DNA of 64,000 nt from Candidatus Parcubacteria bacterium. GTDB taxonomy: Bacteria > Patescibacteriota > Microgenomatia > UBA12405. The notes below the pieces were generated by a model that was not told the DNA's origin, searched no databases, and was given only the letters and a program-made list of their open reading frames with translations. The stretch is taken from positions 151,705-215,704 of the forward strand of contig JAEWUV010000002.1 of the NCBI GenBank assembly GCA_023396915.1, given 5' to 3'. Below are positions 48,890 to 58,125 of the stretch, piece by piece. Each line of letters opens with the position of its first letter. Position 1 is the first letter of the stretch. Position numbers and translations under genes: made by a program.

Positions 48890-49574
48890 CTAGCCCTCCT
48901 TCTTGTTCTTCTAAATCACGTAATTCTTTGAGTAATTTAATAACTTTTTCAGGATTAGGAATTTTTTCAAAATTAATTTGGTTTGTTTTGGCGGCGGTTT
49001 GGATAAGGACATCACCATAATTAAAAAAAGTTCCCAAAAGACCTTTGACGGATGATGAAACATCTTGAATCATGTCGAGATCAGCTTCGGCAAAATGTTT
49101 ATTGAGAAGATTGTTAAAATCAATATCGACAACCCGTTGGTTAGTAACCAAAAAAAGATCAAAATACCAATTAAGAAATTTTTCAAAAGCAAAAATAAAA
49201 GTAAAGAGATACCAAAAAAGAACAGCAGAGAATTGGTATTGAGTGGGGAAAAAATTTAAAAAACTAAAATAATGGAAAAACAAAGGAACAAAAAGCATTA
49301 AAACTGAGATAATCATCCAATGAAGGTTGGTAATCCAGTGAGGTCTGAGTGCTAAATAAATCTGTTCATCTTCGTTGCGTTCGGAGAAAGAGACGACTTT
49401 TGGGTGGACTAAAAATGAGGAAAAAGAACTCTTGGTATGGCCTAAAATATCATAAATTTTTTGACTAGTATCGGTAGGGAGACTGGTTTTGGGAGATTCT
49501 TTCTTTTGATCAATCGAAGAAGTAGCTATTGAATCGTCCGTGGCGATGTTGTCTAAATCTTTAGATCGGTTCAT
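48882..49574 (-). CDS. bPH_2 (DUF304, YdbS/YdbT-like) membrane protein with PH-like domain
   Basis: LRPHWITNLHWMIISVLMLFVPLFF followed by a VVDIDF... beta-rich region typical of bacterial PH domains. Confidence 0.5.
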   Translation of the reverse strand: MNRSKDLDNIATDDSIATSSIDQKKESPKTSLPTDTSQKIYDILGHTKSSFSSFLVHPKVVSFSERNEDEQIYLALRPHWITNLHWMIISVLMLFVPLFFHYFSFLNFFPTQYQFSAVLFWYLFTFIFAFEKFLNWYFDLFLVTNQRVVDIDFNNLLNKHFAEADLDMIQDVSSSVKGLLGTFFNYGDVLIQTAAKTNQINFEKIPNPEKVIKLLKELRDLEEQEGGLDA

Positions 49575-49591
49575 GCTTTAGTTTATCATAA

Positions 49592-49636
49592 GAAACCCCT
49601 CAGTCCTACGGACAGCTCCCCTTGATGAAGGGGAGC
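49592..49636. repeat. Type B' palindromic repeat in the 5' leader of the bPH_2 gene
   Basis: GAAACCCCTCAGTCCTACGGACAGCTCCCCTTGATGAAGGGGAGC. Confidence 0.8.
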
Positions 49637-49647
49637 AATATTTTTTA

Positions 49648-50151
49648 TTAAATTATATTATTTAGTTCTAAAAGATTTTTAATTTGATTGGCTAAAAAAG
49701 CGGCGTTGGATCTTTTGGGAAGATGAAGGAAAATATGCTTCGTATCGGGCTGTTTTTGATTAATATGAAGTTGTGTAGAATAGGCAATCCAATTGCAATT
49801 GTAAGTGCCCATATTAGAGCTGATAGCAAAATAGTTTGAATCAAAATTGTCAAGATTTGGCAGACTTAAATCGAGTAAAAACGGGGAAAAAGGATAAATA
49901 GATTGGTCGTTATAAGCGTTTTTTGTTTGGGTTTCGATACGAATTTTGGAAAAATTTCCATACAAATCACCCAGACCAATAATCAGATTATATTGGTTTC
50001 GAGAAATGTATTTCTGGAAAAATGATTTGGGATCAAAATAGATAAGGCGAAATTCGAAATTATTTTTATTAATAATTTTTTGTAATTCTAATAAAATGCG
50101 GTGAGAGATGTTAGTGCCCCATTGGTTGGAAAAGGCATAAATTAGAATCAT
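49648..50151 (-). CDS. Hypothetical protein
   Basis: 167 aa with no confident family. Preceded by a type D element. Confidence 0.35.
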   Translation of the reverse strand: MILIYAFSNQWGTNISHRILLELQKIINKNNFEFRLIYFDPKSFFQKYISRNQYNLIIGLGDLYGNFSKIRIETQTKNAYNDQSIYPFSPFLLDLSLPNLDNFDSNYFAISSNMGTYNCNWIAYSTQLHINQKQPDTKHIFLHLPKRSNAAFLANQIKNLLELNNII

Positions 50152-50203
50152 TCAATCTTCCCCTTTATCCCCTTCTTTCACAAGACGGGGAAAGAAAATT
50201 TTT
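50150..50203. repeat. Type D element immediately 5' of the gene start
   Basis: ATTCAATCTTCCCCTTTATCCCCTTCTTTCACAAGACGGGGAAAGAAAATTTTTT. Confidence 0.75.
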
Positions 50204-50214
50204 TATAAACATTT

Positions 50215-51948
50215 TTATCGTTTTTCAACATTGTAAAGTTGTCCGACGATGGCGATGTTGGCAGGAGCGCGGGCATTGAAATAGCTTTTAAAAGTAGAAC
50301 CATCGAAAGAAAAAGTACCGGTATCACAATTAAGAGAAATTTGAGTTGTTTTACCACTACTAAAATCGAAAGACTGAGAAGTTGAATTAACGGTATTACA
50401 CACGGTTCCACCTTTGTTTTTTAACTCTTCTTTGACCTTGTCCATGCTCCAACCACCCTGATCAATAGGAGATAAGTTGCCGTTAACAGAGCTGTCTTTT
50501 TGAGATAAAAGAATAGCGTTAACGATATCGGCGACTTCGGCAGGTTTTAACCAAGCAGATTTGTTATATTCTTTGCGGTAACCTTGAGCGGAATAAAAAC
50601 AAGGCGAGTCTTTGTCATAGGCTTTAGCCTTTAAATCATCAAGAGAATTAACATCACCGCTGGTATCACGAACTCTTTTGGTCCAACTGCGATCATTTCC
50701 CCAAATATCGCCAGAGGTAAAAGTATAGCCCCCAGCGGTAGAGGCAAACCAAGCGGTAATTGGTTGACCGCCAACAACCATAACTTTGCCGGAGGTATCA
50801 TTAACTGCCTGTTCCCATTGACCACCTTTGGGGTCAGTTTTAAAAACCTGACAATATTGATTATTACAAATAGAGTCTTGTCCGTTATTAGTTACAGCCA
50901 AAGCATAAGACCTGGCGGCAATGGCCTGGGCTTTGAGTGATTCAATCGGCCAACTGGCAGGAACCTCATAAATTCGTTTGACATAATCTTCTAAGCTGCC
51001 GGTCCAAATCACACTGCCTTGGTTAATTCCGTTACCGTTATTAACTTTGATAGTGATACTTCCCTTATCTTGATACTCATCAAAATTATAATAAGCACGT
51101 AGAATTTGATCATAGCTTTGGCCGGCGTTGGCCCGACCATAGGCACCATATTGATTAAGACCGACGTGGTGAGGGATACCAAAAGTAAAAAAGGCAAAAC
51201 CAGTGCCAAAACCCGGGTCGATGTTTCTGTCGTCAACACAAGAAATACCAGAACCGGTAGTGGTTGGAAGACCGAGAGAAGCAAGCCTTTTGGCTTCTAG
51301 TTGTTTTAAATTTTCGGTTAATTCAGATTTGTAAGTTTCGGCTTTGGTAATCTCTTGGCTTAAAAAACTAAAACGGTCTTCAAGAGTTTTTTTAATTGAG
51401 GCGAGCTTGGCGGTTTCAGTTTCCAATTCGGTTTTGTTGTTATTTAAGGTATTAATGTCGCTGGTATATTGGGTAATCATAAGTTTATCTTGGCTGATGA
51501 CTGATTGATAAAGAGCATATTGTTGTAAAAGTGAAGTTCCCTCGGTATTAGACAAGAAAATCATTAGAGGGGAAAATTTTTTGCTGCTTTTGTAGTAACG
51601 CTTGACTCTTTGCTCTAAAAGTTTTTGCTGATTATCGAGCTCGGCTTCTTTTTCGGAAAGATGGGTATTTAGGTTTTTGATTTGAGAACTAATTTGGGTA
51701 ATTTGACTTCTGGCTGAACTAATTTTTTTGGAAAGATCAGTAGATTCAGTTTTGAGCGGATCGATGGCGGCTTGTAAGCCATTGATTCTCTCTTTGATTA
51801 ATTTGATACACGCTTCACTACTGTCACCATTGTTAATACAGTCATCGATAGGGTCGGCCAAGACAAAACCCCCTTTTGAAGACGGGAGGGCTAAAAATAA
51901 GAAAATAAAGACAAAGATTGTAAAGATTTTTTTGAAATTAAATTGCAC
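50215..51948 (-). CDS. SpoIID/LytB-domain protein with N-terminal signal anchor and long coiled-coil region
   Basis: GIPHHVGLNQYGAYGRANAG and WPIESLKAQAIAARSYAL...CNNQYCQVFK match the SpoIID/LytB amidase-enhancer domain. N-terminal half has heptad-like repeats. Confidence 0.65.
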   Translation of the reverse strand: MQFNFKKIFTIFVFIFLFLALPSSKGGFVLADPIDDCINNGDSSEACIKLIKERINGLQAAIDPLKTESTDLSKKISSARSQITQISSQIKNLNTHLSEKEAELDNQQKLLEQRVKRYYKSSKKFSPLMIFLSNTEGTSLLQQYALYQSVISQDKLMITQYTSDINTLNNNKTELETETAKLASIKKTLEDRFSFLSQEITKAETYKSELTENLKQLEAKRLASLGLPTTTGSGISCVDDRNIDPGFGTGFAFFTFGIPHHVGLNQYGAYGRANAGQSYDQILRAYYNFDEYQDKGSITIKVNNGNGINQGSVIWTGSLEDYVKRIYEVPASWPIESLKAQAIAARSYALAVTNNGQDSICNNQYCQVFKTDPKGGQWEQAVNDTSGKVMVVGGQPITAWFASTAGGYTFTSGDIWGNDRSWTKRVRDTSGDVNSLDDLKAKAYDKDSPCFYSAQGYRKEYNKSAWLKPAEVADIVNAILLSQKDSSVNGNLSPIDQGGWSMDKVKEELKNKGGTVCNTVNSTSQSFDFSSGKTTQISLNCDTGTFSFDGSTFKSYFNARAPANIAIVGQLYNVEKR

Positions 51949-51980
51949 TAATTTAGTGTAGCATTTGATAGAATTGAAAT

Positions 51981-53297
51981 ATGAAAAGAAGGATGTTGTT
52001 GGTTTTGGCGATGGTGATGGTGTTGTCGTTTTTTTTGAACGGAAAGGTTTTTGCTGAAGAAGTTTGTGAAAGGCTTGTTAGGGATCAAACTACTGGGGAG
52101 TATTCAATCGCTAAGTATAAAATAGGTGAATCTTATTGTGGTGTGCTAACATTACCTGACAATCCATCTGTTTACCAAATTCTTCAGGCGACAAATAATA
52201 GGGCTGTTAAAAGGTGTACAAAAGATACTGAAACTGGAAAATTGTTTTTTGAGGATGCATATACGTGTAATAATGAAAATAATCCTTGCAATGAGACAGG
52301 GATGACTGCTGATTGTCTTTCTGAGACTTATTGTGAAAATATAAATTATTCATTACAAGATATTGAAAATCAAAAAGCCGCTAATAAAAGTTATGTTTGT
52401 ATAGATAAGGAGACGCGAGGACAGTGTATTAATGGGAAAGTAGAAGAAGTGGAAAAATGTACCGGGGATCAAGTGTGTAATATGTTAAATTTTGATACTG
52501 GCGTGGCAAATTTTTTTGGGGTGTATGATAATTTTATGAGCTGGAGAGCTCAATGTAAAACTCTTCCTTGTAAGGTATTTAACACTAATTATGGTTTTGA
52601 AGCGATACACTGTGTTGATGGAGATGTAAAAAAATGTGGTTTTAATGGTTGGGAAATGGTGACTGAGTGTGGAAATAACCAAAACTGTAATGATGATGTT
52701 AATACATCTTTTTGTCAAAACAAGGATGAAATTGGTTGTATTAATCAAAGCGGTAGAAGGGATGTAATTGGAGGGTCTATATGTATTGGTGATGATATTT
52801 ATAACTGTATCCGAGCTCCTGATTTTAACTTTTCTAAGACTTGTGAAGGAGATGATGAGTGTAGAGAATATAAAATGGAGAATAATAGTGGAATTGAGGC
52901 TAAATGTGTTAATAAGAGCACCCCTACTGGTGATAATGAAATTACAGGTGGAACTAGCGTCAATACTTCAGCTAATGTTTATAACCCCCAAGGTAGTTGT
53001 AAAAGTAATGAGATTGCAGTAGCAAATTGGTGTTTTCCTTATGATGCCGGAGGAATAGCATCTAAACTTTTACAAATTATTTTTGGAATTGCCGGAGGAA
53101 TTGCATTCTTGTTGATGGTTTATGGATTTATTATGGTGGCAACATCAAGTGGTGATGAAAAGAAACTTCAGGCGGCCAAGGAAACTATAACTTCGGCACT
53201 TATTGGTTTACTAATCTCCCTGTTTGCATTATTCTTGTTTAGATTGATTGCGGTTAATATTTTACAAATACCTGGGATAGATTACACTAAAGGCTAA
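51981..53297 (+). CDS. Secreted Cys-rich modular protein with C-terminal T4SS-pilin-like two-TM domain
   Basis: 438 aa with a signal peptide and more than 40 Cys in repeated C-x-x-C-containing modules. The C-terminal 90 aa (LLQIIFGIAGGIAFLLMVYGFIMVATSSGDEKKLQAAKETITSALIGLLISLFALFLF) resemble VirB2/TrbC-type pilins. Confidence 0.5.
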   Translation: MKRRMLLVLAMVMVLSFFLNGKVFAEEVCERLVRDQTTGEYSIAKYKIGESYCGVLTLPDNPSVYQILQATNNRAVKRCTKDTETGKLFFEDAYTCNNENNPCNETGMTADCLSETYCENINYSLQDIENQKAANKSYVCIDKETRGQCINGKVEEVEKCTGDQVCNMLNFDTGVANFFGVYDNFMSWRAQCKTLPCKVFNTNYGFEAIHCVDGDVKKCGFNGWEMVTECGNNQNCNDDVNTSFCQNKDEIGCINQSGRRDVIGGSICIGDDIYNCIRAPDFNFSKTCEGDDECREYKMENNSGIEAKCVNKSTPTGDNEITGGTSVNTSANVYNPQGSCKSNEIAVANWCFPYDAGGIASKLLQIIFGIAGGIAFLLMVYGFIMVATSSGDEKKLQAAKETITSALIGLLISLFALFLFRLIAVNILQIPGIDYTKG

Positions 53298-53300
53298 ATT

Positions 53301-53624
53301 ATGATTCAGAAAATACACGCTGCTCCAGATGTGGTACTTCCAGATTATGAAGGGACTGGGTTTAAGTTTGCAAATTCCAATCTAGGAGATATTTTTAGTG
53401 CGTTGTTGAAATATATTTTACCGTTAGCGGGGATAGTTTTACTATTTATGCTGATTATGGGAGGAATTGGTTTAATGACGGCAGCAGGTGATCCAAAAAA
53501 AATGGAGGCGAGTCAAGGGAGAATTACTATGGCTTTGGTAGGGTTTTTGATAATTTTTATAGCTTATTTTATTGTCCAACTCGTGGAAGTAATGTTAGGA
53601 GTTGATTTGTTAGGAAACGGTTGA
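53301..53624 (+). CDS. T4SS-pilin-like (VirB2/TrbC-like) small membrane protein
   Basis: 107 aa with the motif ILPLAGIVLLFMLIMGGIGLMTAAGDPKKMEASQGRITMALVGFLIIFIAYFIV, the same as the C-terminus of the upstream gene. Confidence 0.5.
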   Translation: MIQKIHAAPDVVLPDYEGTGFKFANSNLGDIFSALLKYILPLAGIVLLFMLIMGGIGLMTAAGDPKKMEASQGRITMALVGFLIIFIAYFIVQLVEVMLGVDLLGNG

Positions 53625-53626
53625 TT

Positions 53627-54334
53627 TTATTTTCCCATTCGGCGGTGACGTTGTTGATACCAAATTATGGCTTTGTCTAATTGTTTTGGTCCAAAATCCG
53701 GCCACAAAATGTCAGTAAAATAAAGTTCAGCGTAAGAAGTTTGCCAAAGTAAGAAATTAGAAAGACGATATTCCCCACCGGGACGAATAAGTAGATCAGG
53801 GTCTGGTTGGCCGGTAGTATATAAATATTTGGAAACTAATTTTTCATTAACTTTTGAAGGTTTAATGCCGTCTTTGATAATATTTTTGATAGCAGTAACT
53901 ATTTCATCCCTACCACCGTAGTTTAGAGCGACATTAAATTTAAGTTGTTCCTGATCTAAAACCATATCAACAATTTTTTTGACAGCGTGACGAACTTTAA
54001 GAGGAAAGGCTTGAAAATTTCCCAAAACAAAAAATTTAATGCCGGATTTTTTGTACTCTTCCCGTTTTTCTTTGACAATTTTTAGTAATAAATTAAAAAT
54101 TCCTTTGACTTCTTTGGCTGATCTTTTTTTCCAGTTTTCGGTGGATAAGGCATAAACAGTGAGGTATTTAATTCCAATTTCTTTGCAGTGGTCAACAATT
54201 TTTTCTAGATTTTGAGCACCTGCCGTATGACCATCACTTGGTGAAAGATTTCTGGCTGCAGCCCAACGACGATTTCCGTCCATAATAATGGCGATGTGTT
54301 TTGGGAGATTTTGGTAATCAATTTTTGAAGTCAT
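53627..54334 (-). CDS. uppS: Undecaprenyl diphosphate synthase
   Basis: HIAIIMDGNRRWA and the C-terminal RFSNFLLWQ-type motif. Confidence 0.9.
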   Translation of the reverse strand: MTSKIDYQNLPKHIAIIMDGNRRWAAARNLSPSDGHTAGAQNLEKIVDHCKEIGIKYLTVYALSTENWKKRSAKEVKGIFNLLLKIVKEKREEYKKSGIKFFVLGNFQAFPLKVRHAVKKIVDMVLDQEQLKFNVALNYGGRDEIVTAIKNIIKDGIKPSKVNEKLVSKYLYTTGQPDPDLLIRPGGEYRLSNFLLWQTSYAELYFTDILWPDFGPKQLDKAIIWYQQRHRRMGK

Positions 54335-54356
54335 AAAGTCTTAGTTGTATGATATC

Positions 54357-54385
54357 AAAAAATCCCCCATTATGGAGGATTTTTA
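54357..54385 (-). terminator. Rho-independent-type terminator downstream of 16S rRNA
   Basis: AAAATCCCCCATTATGGAGGATTTT hairpin flanked by A and T runs. Confidence 0.45.
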
Positions 54386-54404
54386 ATTTCATTACATTCA
54401 TTTA

Positions 54405-54445
54405 GAGCCAAACTGTTAGTACCAGAAAGTATTGAAGTGGTACTG
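54405..54445 (-). promoter_or_regulatory. 3' half of 16S rRNA processing stem (pairs with 55995..56040)
   Basis: The trailer CTTTCTGGTACTAACAGTTTGGCTCTAAATGAATG is complementary over about 35 nt to the leader CATTCATTTAGAGCCTTAAACTGCTAGTACCAGAAAG. Confidence 0.6.
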
Positions 54446-54470
54446 ACCTTTCGATCAAGTACAAAACCTC

Positions 54471-55962
54471 AAAGGAGGTGATCCATCCGCACCTTCCAGT
54501 ACGGATACCTTGTTACGACTTAACCCTCATCGCTGAATTTACCTTGGTCCCTGGCGAACCAGAGCCTTTGGGTACCCTCAACTTTGCTGATTTGACGGGC
54601 AGTGTGTGCAAGAGGCGAGAACGTATTCACCGCAATCTGCTGATTTGCGATTACTACCAATTCCGGGTTCATGCAGGCGAATTTCAGCCTGCAATCCCAA
54701 CTGAGGGATGGTTTAGGGATTAGCTCCACCTTGCGGTCTTGCAACCCTCTGTCCAACCCATTGTAGGATGTGTGTAGCCCTGGATATAAGCATCATGATG
54801 ACTTGACGTCGTCCCCTCCTTCCTCCCAACAAAATAATGCTGGGCAGTCTCGTATGACACGATAACATACGATAGGGGTTGCGCTCGTTACCTCACTTAA
54901 GAGAACAACTCACGTCACGAGCTGACGACAGCCATGCAACAGCTGTGTATCACCCTCGAAGGCGGCTCTACTTTCATAAAGCTTGCAGATACATTTCAAA
55001 CCCAGGTAAGGTTCATCGCTTCGTATCGAATTGAACCACATGCTCCACTGGTTGTGCGCCTCCCCGCCAATTCGTTTGAGTTTCGGCCTTGCGGCTATAC
55101 TCCCCAGGCGGTCTGTTTAACGCGTTAGCTAGCATCTCCCGGAAAAAATCCGGAAAATTAACAGACAATGTTTACGGCTAGGACTACTCAGGTCTCTAAT
55201 CTGATTGGCTACCCTAGCTTTCGTCTCTGAGTGTCAGTATATACCTGGTTACCCGCCTTCGCGCTTGGTGTTCTTTGTGGTATCCACGGATTTTACCCCT
55301 ACACCACAAATTCCAGTAACCCCGATATAACTCTAGTCTTCCAGTATCCTGCCCCTGCCCCTGATTAAGTCAGGGTCTTTGAAACAAGACTTAAAAAACC
55401 ACCTACAGACGCTTTACGCCCAATAAAACCGGGCAACGCTTGGAACCTACGTATTACCGCGACTGCTGGCACGTAGTTAGTAGTTCCTTATTCTGGGCGC
55501 CTTCATGGCTCCCAAAAAGTAGTTTACGACCCGAGGGCCTTCATCCTACACGCGATGTCGCTGCGTCAGACTTTCGTCCATTGCGCAAAATTCCTAACTG
55601 CTGCCTTCCGTAGAAGTATGGGCCGTGTCTCAGTCCCATTGTGCCGGACTCTCCGCTAAGAGCCGGTAGCCGTCATAGCCTTGGTAAGCCATTACCTTAC
55701 CAACAAGCTGGTAGCGAGCACACCACTCCCTTTGCGACTTGCGTCTTTAATCCGAAGATACTATAGGAAATTACCCCACCTTTCGGTGGACTATGTCCTA
55801 CAAAGGGGCATGTTTGTACTTATTACTCACCCGTTCGCCGCTAAACTTATTCTTTACACTCAAAAGCCAAAAAGCTTTTAGGTGTAAAAAACAAGTCCCG
55901 CTCGACTTGCATGTCTTAGGCACATCGCCAGCGTTCACCCTGAGCCACGATCAAACTCTTAG
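54471..55962 (-). rRNA. rrs: 16S ribosomal RNA (complete, about 1.49 kb, no intron), not linked to 23S/5S
   Basis: Minus strand reads AAGAGTTTGATCGTGGCTCAGGGTGAACGCTGG at the 5' end and ...AAGTCGTAACAAGGTATCCGTACTGGAAGGTGCGGATGGATCACCTCCTT at the 3' end. Internal GTGCCAGCAGTCGCGGTAATAC is a variant of the 515F site. Confidence 0.9.
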
Positions 55963-55994
55963 TACTAACAATCTCGACAAATTCGAGATCAAAA

Positions 55995-56040
55995 TTTTTT
56001 TTGAAAATCTTTCTGGTACTAGCAGTTTAAGGCTCTAAAT
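55995..56040 (-). promoter_or_regulatory. 5' half of 16S rRNA processing stem
   Basis: See the complementary region at 54405..54445. Typical RNase III processing stalk. Confidence 0.6.
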
Positions 56041-56070
56041 GAATGCATTGAAATTTTAAAGAACAAAATC

Positions 56071-56095
56071 TGCCTGAATTTAGGCAGTGAGGTTA
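56071..56095 (-). terminator. Rho-independent terminator downstream of recF
   Basis: CTGCCTaaattcAGGCAG hairpin followed by ATTTTGTTCTTT on the minus strand. Confidence 0.5.
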
Positions 56096-56136
56096 TTATA
56101 TTACATGAAATTTGATTTTGCACTAGGCAAGTTGAA

Positions 56137-57207
56137 TCAAAGTTGGATGATTTGTGAATTTGGTAAAAGATGACTACTTTCCGGTTCAGAAGAGGTAAAA
56201 ATAGTTTGATAATGACGGCAAACTTTAGTAACTAATTCTTGGTGTTCAGGATCAAGCTCGGAGAAAATATCATCTAGTAATAGTATAGGTTTATCTTGAT
56301 AATTTTTTTCTAAAAAGTTTATTTGCCCTAATCTAAGGGATAAAACAGCTAATCTTTGTTGTCCCCTGCTACCCCAAAAAGCTAAATTTTTATCTTCTGA
56401 GGGAAAAGTGGAGTTGTCAAAAGAAAAATCATCACGGTGAATACCGGCTTGGGTGTAACCACGGCGAAGATCGTATTGGTAATTTTTTTTAAGTTTGTCG
56501 GCAGTAACAATAGACGGATGATAATTAATATTAATAGTATTAATCTGGGAATCAGGGTGAGCGGCAAAAAAATCATTAACAGACTGGACAAATTTATTAC
56601 GAAAATCGTGAACTATTTGAGAATTTTTGATTAAAACTTGATCCCAATAAAAAAGTTCGTTTTGGGAAGCCTGGCCATCTCGGATTTGGTCAAGTAGCTC
56701 ATTTCGATGTTTTAAGGCCCGGTTGTATTGAGATAAGGCTGAGGTATAGCGCCATTCAATTTGAGAAAAAATTTCGTCTAAAAAATCACGGCGGCGGCTG
56801 GGCGAACCGGTCACTAATCGAATATCTTCGGGATGAAAAACGACATTTTTAACAATGCCTAGATATTTTTTTCTAGGCTTTTCGACTTTATCAATAAAAA
56901 ATTTACGAGAAACAGTCGAACTTTGACCAGAAGGGTCTTTACTGATTCTGATTTCGACTTCGGTTTCCTCTTCTGCTTCGTTGACGACTTTGGCCCGAAC
57001 CGAGGCAAAATAGGTGTTCCAATTAATTAGTTTGCTTTGGGAACTGGCTCGAAAACTTTTGCCAGAAGACAGAAAAAAGATTGACTCTAAAATATTGGTT
57101 TTGCCTGAACCGTTGGGACCGACGATTAGATTAAATTTGGGACCGAATTCGCATAATTTATTCTCGTGGGAACGAAAATTCTGAAGAAGAAGTTTTTTTA
57201 GGTACAC
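56137..57207 (-). CDS. recF: DNA replication and repair protein RecF
   Basis: LKKLLLQNFRSHE and Walker A GPNGSGKTNILESI. The C-terminal signature region is conserved. Confidence 0.85.
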   Translation of the reverse strand: MYLKKLLLQNFRSHENKLCEFGPKFNLIVGPNGSGKTNILESIFFLSSGKSFRASSQSKLINWNTYFASVRAKVVNEAEEETEVEIRISKDPSGQSSTVSRKFFIDKVEKPRKKYLGIVKNVVFHPEDIRLVTGSPSRRRDFLDEIFSQIEWRYTSALSQYNRALKHRNELLDQIRDGQASQNELFYWDQVLIKNSQIVHDFRNKFVQSVNDFFAAHPDSQINTININYHPSIVTADKLKKNYQYDLRRGYTQAGIHRDDFSFDNSTFPSEDKNLAFWGSRGQQRLAVLSLRLGQINFLEKNYQDKPILLLDDIFSELDPEHQELVTKVCRHYQTIFTSSEPESSHLLPNSQIIQL

Positions 57208-57231
57208 AATGGTAGTTTATCAGGAAAGAAA

Positions 57232-58092
57232 TTAAAAAGAAGCCGGCTCGAAATGGTGAGACAAATAAATTTGTCTATAAGGTGAGTTTGTTGATCCATA
57301 ATTAACAAGCTGGTGGTCTAATAAAAATTGAGTCAAAATTTGTCTATCTTTATCTGAAATTTTTGGAGAGGTTAAAATTTTGGATAATAATTTATTTTCA
57401 GTTTCAATAGAAGAAGATACTAATTGAAATGGAGATGGAGAAAACTCATTTTGACTAGATAAAATGGTAGGAGAGTATATGTGTGATATGCCAAAATTAT
57501 TTCCCTGTATAGCGTCAATAACTTTAACTAAATGAGATTCTGCGTCGCAAGAGTTTTGATCTCTATTTTCATAAGTCAAGTAAGATTCTTTAATGGATTG
57601 ATAAATATTCGGTTGAGTTTTTTTGATTTGATTTAAAACTAAACGAATAAAACAATGTGGTTCTACTTGTTTAGCTTCTTTAATAATGGTATCTAGAGTA
57701 GAAGTATGAATGACAGACATATCATCTGTGATAATTTTTCCACTGTCGTGGAAGATCATTTTCATTTCAATGTCATCAAAATTAAAACTAGATAAACCAG
57801 AATCCTTTAATTGATGACTGATTTCTATCATGCCAATAACATGTTCATAATCGGTGTCACCGACACTACCAAGTTGTGAGGCGTATGGGTGAGATTGCCA
57901 TCGATGGACTTGGTCTAGACAAGCATTGTGAAGACGAAATTCCTGACGGACAGGAGATAAAAATTGTTGATTTCTAGCAGAAAGACTATCCCAAAGCTGG
58001 CTGTCATCAAAATTGGTAGCTTCTGGTTTGGTTACAAATTCACTAAATGTACGAATTCTTTGGGATAAATGTTGAGAAATCTCTGGAGACAT
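57232..58092 (-). CDS. HD-domain protein
   Basis: H...HD pattern (EHVIGMIEISHQ...MIFHDSGKI...D). Family-level call only. Confidence 0.4.
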   Translation of the reverse strand: MSPEISQHLSQRIRTFSEFVTKPEATNFDDSQLWDSLSARNQQFLSPVRQEFRLHNACLDQVHRWQSHPYASQLGSVGDTDYEHVIGMIEISHQLKDSGLSSFNFDDIEMKMIFHDSGKIITDDMSVIHTSTLDTIIKEAKQVEPHCFIRLVLNQIKKTQPNIYQSIKESYLTYENRDQNSCDAESHLVKVIDAIQGNNFGISHIYSPTILSSQNEFSPSPFQLVSSSIETENKLLSKILTSPKISDKDRQILTQFLLDHQLVNYGSTNSPYRQIYLSHHFEPASF

Positions 58093-58125
58093 AAATTATA
58101 TCTGGGGCAGAAATAATTTATAGTG

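Noticed and set aside
18102-50203. CRISPR array
   Set aside because: The repeats are palindromic but not regularly spaced, are of several types, and are scattered over 30 kb with genes between them. No cas genes are present.
54471-55962. Possible intron or LAGLIDADG insertion in the 16S rRNA (common in CPR)
   Set aside because: The distance from AGAGTTTGATC to the GGATCACCTCCTT end is about 1.49 kb, the normal length, so there is no room for an intron.
54478-56038. Listed ORFs 54478..54723(+), 54520..54756(-), 54934..55128(+), 55681..55881(+) and 55793..56038(+)
   Set aside because: They lie entirely inside the 16S rRNA gene. They are spurious open frames in structural RNA.
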